From Macrostomum hystrix (Eukaryota > Animalia > Platyhelminthes): DNA of 64,000 bases. Below, piece after piece: positions 38,483 through 49,434 of the stretch (positions are counted from its first letter, which is position 1; each line of letters opens with the position of its first letter). A model generated the notes under the pieces. It made no database searches. It was not told the DNA's origin and saw only the letters and a program-made list of their open reading frames with translations. The position numbers were made by a program, and so were the translations under genes. Where the stretch lies: NCBI GenBank assembly GCA_950097015.1, contig CATNEN010000039.1, positions 6,262,001-6,326,000 on the forward strand, given 5' to 3'.

Positions 38483-40018
38483 GTTGCCAACTAGAATTTT
38501 CTCTTGGGTTAGCCAAGCACTTGAAAAATAATACTGTGAGCCTGTAATTTTATTGGGAAAGTGTGATTCAACAAATAGTGAGCCATGCAAAGCATTTTTG
38601 TTTAATAAAAATCCATTGACTTTGCCAACTATTCAATTCAAATTAGAACATAATTCATTTTTTGATATGAATTATGCATGGTAAAGTATAGGGCAGGGGG
38701 CACTTGACCCCCACTGCTCCAAAATGTGGACTCAGAAGACTCTGAAAATTCAGACACAAACTATTGGCTAATGGTTCCTTTAGAGTCCTGAGTAATTGAT
38801 TTGGTTTTACATTTTTGTTTAATTTATTAAGCTTTATTTTTTAATTGTTTGTTAGAAATCGCATCTTTACTTCATTTTTTTTGCTGTATGATTGCATCAT
38901 TCTAATACAGCAATATTTAGTGTATTTATGTTTTAGTATAGTTACGTTGATTGAACTTTATATTTTATATATGTTTTGCTTTGATTTTGTTGAAAGTTTT
39001 TCCTAGTACTGATCCTGGTACTGGTTCTGGTACTGGAAGTATAGATGTGCTTCCTTATAGGCTATCACAATATAAATACACTTAGTAGGACACTTGGGAT
39101 AGGGATTGGGATAGGGATAGGGAATCATGGGTTTTAGGTGAGGTAGGTCTATAACACACTAAAAACAGCAGGCCCTAGTGCAGGTTTCAATGAGAAACCT
39201 GCAGTATTTTATAGCTATAGCCATAGGCCAAGGATTAAAGTTAGGGAAGGCTTTTAGAGTAGGCCTACTAGAGTAGGGCAAAAAAACAATGTCTATACAT
39301 AGGCTATTAGCTAGTTAAAATATATGCATTTATCACATAAAAATAAGGACAAAAGAACCCATGAAAAAAGTTGAAAATTCAATTTTGAATAAAATTACTT
39401 CACTATACTGTCAAGCATCAAACCTTTGCTTTTTCTAGACTCTCACTGCCTCAAATCTGCTCAACCCATGCTATACAATAATAAACAATCATTACTTTCC
39501 CTGGTTGCCCCCTCCCCATCTAGGCCTATGAGGCTCTTGCCTCTTAGTCTCAGTGTGTGGCAGTCTTGGTCCTATACCAATTTGTGTAGGGCTTTTATAT
39601 GAGTCTCAGAATAGGGCCTACAAAAAAGTTTTCTATAATTTTTGCTTAAAAAATAAAACCAAGAATATTAAAAGTCCGCAATAACCAAATGTGGCACTGG
39701 TGTATATATATTATGTGTGTTGCAAAATACTGTATTAGGTGTGATGAATTTGACAGCTCTACATTAAGCTTTTAATGTAGGCAGCCTACATTAGGCTCAC
39801 TTTGCCTCGACATAAATAGGCCTAAAGAATTAAAGGAACAAAGTTTCGCTTCGAATATAGTATAAAAAGTGGACTAGACGTCGCTAAGCCAAGCAAATGC
39901 TCTGTTCAACAAGTTCTTGCACAATAAAATAACGAAAGCTAAGTAATTTGTTGACGTTTCGTAAACTTCGTCCTTTTCTTATCCTTTTCTAAGGTTTTTA
40001 CAAAGCCCGGTATTCTAG

Positions 40019-42404
40019 TGTGACGGTGTAACCTTGAGTCGTTTAATTACTTATATTTTGTATTAATTCGCTACATTACAAGTTGCTCAGAAGATTATTA
40101 ATTATATGCTAAGCATGTTTACTAATTATTGTTATATTGTATAATTCTAAGAACTATCAGTCCTTTTTAAAAAGCAACGTATGATTTTTCTGCTCTAACC
40201 GTGCCTTGTGGCGAGCGTGTGAGCGTCGAGATTACGTTGGAGATATATATTTATACTTATTTACATGAAATATAATCAGACGATATCATCGCTACACTAA
40301 TCTTAGTCGTTACATTTATTCTTCACATAAATTTGGAGGGTCCCACCTCGAAGACTTAAACAAAATTGCTATCGCTACACTGCTACACTACTTCACCCTA
40401 CACATCAAAATCGGTGTCTAACCCTGACCAACAAGGGTTATGTGCCGACTTAAAGGGCACATGCACCGTCATTACAGTTGCCTGTTTGTCTGGCTGCGAC
40501 TGCCTAGTTTGGAATACAACTATCTAGAAGCTAGAAGTTATCTGCCGCCTGATGGTGCTGGAGCTCAGGTGAACCTACAGGCAGGAGACAACCAAACTCA
40601 GTCAGCTCCACCAGGAGGGAACAGTGGTGTGAAGCCACCTGAAGTAAATGTAGGCCAGTTAAAACTGCAAAAAGTTCTCCTGACTATATGATACTAGAAA
40701 AAACGTGTGACAGAAGCATCAACAGCAGCTGAGAAAATCCCTAATTCAAGCCCTAAACTGCGACCACCACCACCATTCCAACCAGAAATGAATTTCGAGC
40801 TTTGGGAAACACAGTTCCTAACGTATGTTGATGCACACCACGTACCAACCCCACAACAACCAGCAATCCTGCTGTCCATGCTGGCACCTGAGTGCCAAGA
40901 ATTCATCTTCAACAACTCATTGCACCGTGAATCCATTCAGACAGCTCTGAGGAGGCTTAAAGAGCGATTCACAGACTCAGGAACTGAACATAAGAGGCCC
41001 TTGCAGAAAGGCTGATACTTCTCGGGCAAAAGAACCCATCATGGACAGCTGAAAATCTTGCAAAGAAGGCTAGGGAAATAGCAGGCGTCAAGAAGCCCCT
41101 GTCCCGTGAAACTGTCCCTCTTGTTAGGACAGCAGCTCCTGATAGAACAGCAGAGCTAGAAGCCCGTGTTCGTGAACTAGAGAAACTGGTTCAGCAAAAT
41201 CAGGCTTCTTCGCCAGCCTTCCAGACAGAGTCCCAAATAAAAGGGCATGCAAATCTTAATTCTACCAGTGACCAAGGACCACAGACACACAAAATGGATA
41301 GTTATAGGACCAAAATAGTTATGGGACTCAGAGCTGTTCGTAGCACACTCTGTTGACAGTGTAAGCACCACTAACCATGTACTCGTGCGCCTATTAAACA
41401 GTAGTGACCAGCCATCATCGATCTCCATGGGGCAGGAAATCGCCTCTTTTAGGAGCCTTGAACATGAGGATTGAATTTCTGTCACGCCTGTATATGAGAA
41501 AGATTTCTCCATCAGCAGCTCTGAAGATCTTGGAGCCAAGCTCGCAAAACTCCCTGACCCAGTCCCAGGAATAGCATCTTGGCTGACGACACAGTTTAAG
41601 CTCAATGAGACCATCCTATCGAAGAACCAGCTGACAGTAACACTTAAGCTGCTGAACTATTTTAGTAGTCTGATATCGCTAAGCGAAACAGACCTAGGAA
41701 AAACGCATGTACATGAGATGACAAGTCGGCTTGCCGCCCTATCTGGCAGCCATCTAGGCGCACGACCCCCTCGCAAAAGGAATTTTTAGACAAACATATA
41801 AGCCAGTTAGTCAATCAAGGAATCATTGAAGAGTGCGACTCTGAGTGGTCCTCTCCAATAGTCTAAGTTCGGAAAAAAGATGGTTCCCAACGCCTGTGTA
41901 TTGACTATCGACAGGTCAACAAAGTAATCAAGCCATGCACCTTTCCTTTACCACTAATTGATAAATCATTTGATAGCCAGAAGAGTCGAAAATATTTTCC
42001 AGTTTAGATCTCACCGCAGCTTATTGGCAAGTAGGTATTCGCGAATGCGATCGAGACATCACAGCATTCTCTTGCCCCCAGGGCACTTTCCGATGGAAGG
42101 TCGTACCCTTTGGCATCAAGACAGCACCGGCAAACTTTGCCAAGCTGATGCACAGGGTGTTCAGGCCTTTACTCATGCGCGTGAGTCTTATCTATCTTGA
42201 CGATATAATCATAAAGGCCAGGGACAATGACGAAATGATCGTCCACTTGGCGCTTGTCCTCTGGCAACTTAAAAAGGCAAACTTAAAAATTAAACCAGCT
42301 AAATGTGAGCTTTTCAAGGATCGCGTTTGGTTCATAGGCTTAGTTGTTTCAGCTCACAAGGAATTGAAGCCGACCCAGCAAAGATCGACACGGTAAAGAA
42401 TTGG
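40019..42404 (+). mobile_element. Truncated, degenerate Gypsy/Ty3 LTR retrotransposon (5' LTR, PBS, gag, RT)
   Basis: LTR TGTGA…TCACA (40019-40327). PBS TGGAGGGTCCCACC at 40334 resembles the complement of the tRNA-Gln 3' end. Gag-like FELWETQF. RT motifs WSSPIV, KKDGSQRLCIDYR, PFGIKTAPANF, YLDDII, KPAKC, ending abruptly at DPAKIDTVKNW. Confidence 0.88.
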
Positions 42405-43801
42405 TGCAATAAATAATACATTTATTCGTCACACTAGGAATGCTGTCGCAAACGCAAATGCCTATTGTTGCATCAGTGGACGGCGCTCGTTTACAAGCAT
42501 ACAAGAGCTCTTCGATAAGCGGAGTTGAGAGTGATATATGTAATATTCTCAGGTACTTATTTTAAATATACGACTTTTTGTATTATACTTGATTGCTTTT
42601 TATTGTTATAAATTTGTAACATCGTATAGATATAGATGTAGACGTAGATGTACATCCATTTGCATGATGAAGGGGCTTCTCTGAATGGCCTGCCATCACG
42701 TTCGAATCTTCAATTGGTGCACATAGCCAAAAACATACTGTATTGTCTCTGATGACATGCATGCATGCCCGACTAGCCGCAAGCATTTAGCTGGCTCAGC
42801 AGGGCAGAGTACCGCATCAGTCGTGCTCGCGCTTGTACCGAAGCAATAGGCACTCGGTCGTCTTCTTTTTCGGGCCCATCTTGCATCGATCACGACGCGA
42901 CCACCTTAAAAAAGTCAGGCACAGCATTGAATTTTTCGAAGTTGTTCAGCGCCTCTGTCACCGTCCAAGTCTCAGCGATGTACTTCTATAGCAGAGTGTT
43001 CTCACCAAGAGCCTGAAACGCGTGGCTGCGACCTGGAGCGGTCTGTCAGGGTCACGGAGAGCAGCGGCTCTTTGCAGCAAAATCTCGCTTGCGTCTGACG
43101 CAATCGGGACACTGAGGTAGACGAACAGACCGCGGCAATAGCAGCGGTCTTTTTGCCATCGCCTTCTCTGAGTCAAATCTTGGCAGGAGGGTCGCGCGGC
43201 ATGCAGTTAACCGTTGGGCCCCTTCTACCGTCGAAGACAATTGTAACACACTAAAAGTGGGGAACGAACCTCGCGCTGGCAGACCGAGACCGGTTTCTGG
43301 CTTGTTTGCCTTCGTCAGTCAGCCATAGCCACACGCAGTCCTCTCCCACCACTCTTAGTGTGCACAGAAGTCTCTTTTAACCTTGCCATTTTATGGCGAT
43401 ACTTTTTTAGTGTTATGTGAGAGTTTTGCAGCCAAGCCTTTGTTTTTCTACTGTTGTCAGTAGTCTGAATTGAATCTCTCACAACAATATGCGAGGCCCT
43501 TGTCCGCATAGCCGAGGACAGAAAACTTCTCAGAAATAAATGAAGTTAGCAAACTTTGCTACTTACAGTACTCAGAATCTGAATTGTTCTAAACGACGTG
43601 GTAATAAAACAAAGACAAAAATGCATTCATCAATTTTTTAGTTTCCTCTGCAGGTAGCAATATAATTCCAGCCTATATAAATGCAAATATTGGCTTCCCG
43701 GGTCACAATAGCTTTAAATTTTGGTTATTCCAAAGCGTCGGCTCTCGGCAACTCTAGCAGAACAACGAGCAGGAAAGTACTCGTACTTGCCTGGAAAGTG
43801 A

Positions 43802-44845
43802 ATGATGGAATCGACTTTGGTTTTATGCATAATTATTGCTCTAGTGCTAGTAAGCATGGCCCCAATCCGCTCGCACGCATACTGCAAGAGGAATTGGTGT
43901 AAGTACGAATTGGTGCAATGTCTTGACAAAACCGCACCGATGGCAAATTGGAACTTGCCAAGTGCGCACAGCTGCATGTGGAAAGCTAGCGGCATGCCTG
44001 ACGACCTGGTGCTCCATTGGAACTCGCAGACAGGCTTTTGCTCCGTGTTCCACTACCAGCAGGTGTGCCAGTGGATGCAGACATGGATACCTGTGAGTAG
44101 AGCGCCCAGTAATAGTAACCAGGGCTTGAATTGCGTGGCTTACCGCACTAAAGTGTTGGCGACCTGCGATGCGACACTCAATCCCAACCTGATGGGCGTG
44201 TGGCTAGCCGGCGGTAGCAACCGGTTCAGCAACCTGGTGTGTCAGAGCGAGAGCTGGCCCAATTACCATCGACTGGAGAGCGTGAACCTGCAGTGGACTG
44301 ACGAGGGAGCCGTTTTTAACGGTTTTTCGTCTTATGCCGTGTTAAACGATAGTCGCTTCATAACCAACAACCCTTTGGCTAGTTTTACCTGGCTTCTGCG
44401 ACTCAAGAGGGAGCCAAGAGTTCAACCGCTAATTGAGGCCGTGCCATGCTCAAATATAAATGACTATGGTTCTCACTTTTGGGAGTACGACACAAGAAAC
44501 AGGCTTTTCATGAAACGATACTCTTCTTCTACTGGCGGCTACGCGAACGTAGGATATTCTCTTTCGCCCACGAACATTTTGCCCGATAATAGTTACGAGT
44601 GGGCCAACATTGGTGCATCCTGCGGACCAGCTGACACCTCATCCAGAAACATATTTGTGAATTCTGGATACGTCGTGGCTACAACGGTCGGTCCACTAAG
44701 CGGCAATACCCATACATGCTTTACAGCTCACATTGGCCACCGAATTAGCGGGAACTTTCTGCGCGGCGTTGTGCGTGCAGTGGCCATTGCCAATTCCACA
44801 ATGACCGAGCAAGAGATCCGCGAATTTTTTGCCATTCTGCCGTGA
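43802..44845 (+). CDS. Putative secreted protein: signal peptide, degenerate PAN/apple-like Cys-rich region, LamG/concanavalin A-like (pentraxin-type) domain
   Basis: Intact 347-aa ORF with a hydrophobic N-terminus. SAHSCMWK…HWNSQTGFCSVF is PAN-like. GAVFNGFSSYAVL, FTWLLRLK and FLRGVVRAVAIANSTMTEQEIREF match LamG_3-type motifs. Splice acceptor upstream at 43653. Confidence 0.75.
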   Translation: MMESTLVLCIIIALVLVSMAPIRSHAYCKRNWCKYELVQCLDKTAPMANWNLPSAHSCMWKASGMPDDLVLHWNSQTGFCSVFHYQQVCQWMQTWIPVSRAPSNSNQGLNCVAYRTKVLATCDATLNPNLMGVWLAGGSNRFSNLVCQSESWPNYHRLESVNLQWTDEGAVFNGFSSYAVLNDSRFITNNPLASFTWLLRLKREPRVQPLIEAVPCSNINDYGSHFWEYDTRNRLFMKRYSSSTGGYANVGYSLSPTNILPDNSYEWANIGASCGPADTSSRNIFVNSGYVVATTVGPLSGNTHTCFTAHIGHRISGNFLRGVVRAVAIANSTMTEQEIREFFAILP

Positions 44846-45965
44846 TTTTCGAACTGGAAACCAGAATTAAGGCTGTAGGCAGTAGGCTCCAAAAGTATTT
44901 TTACACGTAGCTACATATAAACTTTTGCAACTTGTTTTGTATTCACACAGCTCTTTGTAAATTCCGTTTTACTAATTGCTATACCGAGTATCCTAATTTT
45001 ATATCTAAAGACCACTCGCGCTCTTATCATGATCCGTATGGGCAATGTCTAACTCGCTAGTCACTTTTTCGTCCATGGCGACCTTGGACGGTGCTCCACT
45101 CTATAGGAGCACGATAACGAATGCGTTGAACACTGTCTGTCAATGCAATTTCTTGACAGAGGCCGCGGCTACAACGCTACACATCGGTCCTACAACGCGT
45201 GGTCCATCGATGAAGTTTCATCAGCTAAATAATTGTTCCACAGACGAGCCATTCTTCTGCCCCCCACGCGGTTTGAGCGAACGGTTTAGCGGAATTAACA
45301 AACCTGGTCACACCTCCCAACTAAATTCACGTACACTTTGTCCGATTGATGTCGACCCTGGCCTTTCGTTTTGAGGGCGGTCCTGCAGTCCAACGCCCTA
45401 TACCTGATCGCCTGAGCGCGGCGCTGTTCCAGGCGGTGGTCGATACCGTCAACACCGAGACCTGGAAGCTGACGGACTAGCTTGAACAGCAAGTAAACGC
45501 GGCGCACACCGGCCTGGTTCGCACCGCTTATAAGATCAGCGACAAGCGAGTCACTAACGCGGCCCTCTATCGCTGCGCTGTCGTGGCCCGTCCAAGTGAA
45601 TCGCCGCGTCGTCGGCGTCTCCAGCTCACGGACCATATCATCCGCGCCGAGTCCTATTTGCCTTCAGCCGATGCAGGAGGTGCTGTTGCTAACGCTACCG
45701 GCGTGGCCATGACCAAGCTCGGCGCTACGTCGACTGCCTGCTGGTTGACGCTGGCGCCCCGGACTTTGCCGACAGTGCGGCTTTCGTTTTGGGCCATTAT
45801 AGGCTCTGAAGCACGGCCTCTGACCCTGCGCTTTTCACCTTGACAGCGCGCACGGTTACTGTTTGTTGCTGATGTCACTTTTATATTAATGTCGTGAGAA
45901 AGGTCCACCTCACCACACGCCGCTTCGGTCGGATATGATCTCGTCTTCAAAAGCAAGGCGGTGCA

Positions 45966-46110
45966 GGGGGGTGAGTGGCGGCAGAGCGGTCTAACGCGTT
46001 CACCTCTCGCATAAATTATGGTCCCCGAGTTTGATTCACGGCCAGGTCACATTTATTCGGAGGCCTCTCTCTCGGACTGCTTGTCGCCTTAGTTTCCACC
46101 TTAGTTTCCA
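45966..46110 (+). mobile_element. Degenerate tRNA-derived SINE head
   Basis: A-box-like TGGCGGCAGAGCGGTCTAACGCG and B-box-like GAGTTTGATTC; no complete cloverleaf. Confidence 0.5.
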
Positions 46111-49100
46111 ACTTGCATTCTTTGCTTTTGAATTACGAGGCATACGCTGCAGTGCTCGCATACGCGACGTTGCCTTTTGTAACGCGCCGTATACTGACTG
46201 TTGACCAGTATATGGCCTAAATTTGGTTGAAAATGCTTATCTTTTGTTGGATAATGAGTTTGATTTTTCCATCATTTTTCTGCGATATATTAAAAATGCT
46301 ATTGGAAAGGAAAATATAAGGATCGCTGAATAATTATGGGATTGTACACTGTTGAGGCTTGCTATGCTGTTGTCATGCCAACGAATAGATGAACAATGGA
46401 GATTGCATTAATAACCATACCCATGTGAATATGCTGATAGTTTTGAGGCTAGGCTGTTTAAATATTCTGCGTTATCATCATTATCCCAGCATTTATCCCA
46501 GACCAGCATACATGTATGATTGTTGAATCCGTTAAAGAATACGAGCGTAGTGGCAGTGGGGCGGAGACTGGGGGAGGATATTGTTGAGTTTATAAATGAG
46601 ATGCTGCAGAGAGCCTTTGTATAGTCCTAGTACAGCCCAAAAAGACAGGCATGAGACATACCTGGCATATAGGACAGATTCCTGAGCAGCTTCTGACGAT
46701 CGATACCATACCCTCTAAGGGATGCGAAACCAAATACAATGATATATTCTTCGTGATTAAATTTCCAATCGATATAGGATCTGTTACAACTGAAATTATT
46801 ATGCATGACCGTTATCAGTGGTACGAGTATATTCCATAGTTTTCCATTTTACTTTGCTTGACGTAGCTTATATAAGTATGTTTGTTAACCATATACGTCA
46901 TATAGACTCAGAAATAAAATATAGCAGTTAAATATAGCAGTCTCACTTTTTCGCTATTCCCATATTTGGCTATCCTAACAGCCTAACCTCAATACTATCT
47001 GCATATTCACATTTGGCTATTCAAATTATACAGCACACATTCAGCAGAGTAGAGTCGAGCTCTACCTAAATTTTATAGCACTGGCGCAACCAGGGGGTTG
47101 GGGGGCATCCGATCCCCCTTCCGCGGGAGGACTAAAAATATTCAGAGGGACCAAGCGAATTTTTCCTCAAAATGGTGCTTGAACACCATCCGCCACTCGT
47201 CCAGGATGATTCACATTTGGTCCGCTCCTCTACGGCCCCGCAATTTCTGAAAAGAAAATCCTATAGTTGCACCACAAGTTTTAAGTATAAGTCATCCTAT
47301 CTATTCTTACAGTACTGGAAAAGCTGTGTATCGGGAAGAAATTTGCATGTATAGAATAAGCAACATTTGATCTCAAATAAATTTTGATTAAGTTGCATTC
47401 AGAACTTGTAAATTTTATGTTATGAAATGTTACATTTAAGCTGCTTTGTTGGGGCTGCTACTGTGCAGATATCTTGACTTACTGCAACGATTTCACTTTT
47501 TTAAAGGGCAATATAATAAAATTGTATTCAGAGATTCAGAGATTCGTGTATAAATTAGCTTCTGTTGTTTTTGTTTTATTTATTCAGTGCACGTATTTTC
47601 TTAGATATCCCGCTGCTTTTAGTTTACCTGGAATATAATATTTCGGGCCAGGTGCACAGATTTAGCTTCATAGTGTATAATTTGCGTCACTGGCGTGCAG
47701 AAAAAACAGCAGGGAACACAAAATTGCAACTGCTGATTAAAACAAAACTACTTAATGAAATTATTGCTATAATTGTTTTTGCCTATTTAACAATCTGCCT
47801 GACTCAGCCTGGCCTAGGCTAGGCAACTGAAGTGGGCTGAGCAATCGCAATGTGACTGCGGTTAAAATTAAATGGTTAGGCCTAACACTAAAAGTGGTTC
47901 GAGAGTCGATCCATTCTTCGTACGCTTCATGCGCATGAAGTAGTTGTTGTTATGAAATAGTTTAGCAATAAATGTAACTGTCAATCAGATCAGCTTCCAA
48001 TCCAGCAGGCTAAATGAAGTGAAAACCTGCTTGACTTGGATAAGCTTGATTTTTTTGCTCCGAACCATTTTAGGCCTACCATGACCCCACCTGAAAGGAT
48101 TGTTTAAAATTTCCTGGTACAATGTAGAGTTTGTATGTAGTTGCGGATTTGTTCCTACAACGTACAAGTTGCTAAGTAATGTTTGTAGCTAACTATTCAT
48201 GATTTAGGCCCTATTTCCTATGTTCCACAACATCGATTTAAATGTAAAGCCAAGGCCCAAGCCACAAATAGGAGACAAGTCAGCACACTACAACTATGCT
48301 GAATATATTCCTATGCTGGAAGCACCCTACAAGTAAATTGTGTTTTTTATAATAAAGACATTTGGCTTTGCTCTATTCCTAGTTCTATTGCATAATAGAT
48401 AGATAAGAAAACATATTGGTAGAATTTAGATAGCTATCATATCTATGGGCCTTGTAGTATTGTACTATGTATGGTAATAATTATTGTTCTAATTGTTGCC
48501 TTGCACTATGGCTATGGGCCTTGTAGGCCTATATTAATAATAAATTAATATTTATTAGCATGCATTAAAATATTGGCATGTACATAATTTTGGACCAGTA
48601 CCAGGGCATTTTGGTACCCAATCCAATTTGTAATGTTTTTCTTTTTTTTGTTTTACTTTACATGTGTAAAACTAATTTGAAACCAAGTTTTCCAAGAAAC
48701 TGTTGACATCAAAGTAAAAAAATGTGAATGCAACCAACTAGATAGTTAATCAGATCAGTAATATAACTTTTCAAGTCCTTACTATGTTCACTTATTGTTG
48801 TCATAGCCCTATCAGCTCTAGTCAGCAAATACACCATGAGTGTACTTATACTGTTTGTGTTATGCACACTGGATGTACATTTTTGTGCTAATTGAAAGAT
48901 GGATTCAAACATATACACTTTATGTCATTACTGACCACAAGATAGTTTTTCATTTGAAAAGAATTAGTTTGCTAGTTTTGTCAACGATTTGGCACTAGAC
49001 TATTGCTATGGGACTGTATTAAATAAATTAGCCAACTAAACTAGCTCTAACAGTAACTACTATTTGAGTATAAGCCTTTGAGTAACTATACCTTGATTAA

Positions 49101-49434
49101 TATAATTTAGATAGTAGATATGACATCTATATCCAGAGTGTTATAGCTAGCCTAAGGACAAAAGGTTTTAGGAATAGAAATCTGTAAGGTATTTCTGTTT
49201 ATTTAATTTAGAGTTTAAATTGAGAATAATAATGAGATACTAATTCCTATAATCTACCTAAAAACGAAAAGTTTTAAAAACTTTTTAACATGAATTTCTT
49301 GTCATTTACAAAAAAGCTATGATTCAAGTTTTGTCTGAATTTCTATTCAAGAATGGACAATGTCTTAAAAACTTATTTTTGTTTAAATTTAAAATCTCTT
49401 GACTTCAGCTATATTTAGTCTTCCATTCAATTCA

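Noticed and set aside
47079-47277. Possible old MITE (CTGGCGCAAC…GTTGCACCAC); also the GGATGCCA-rich patch at 26590-26815
   Set aside because: TIRs are degenerate and there is no convincing TSD.
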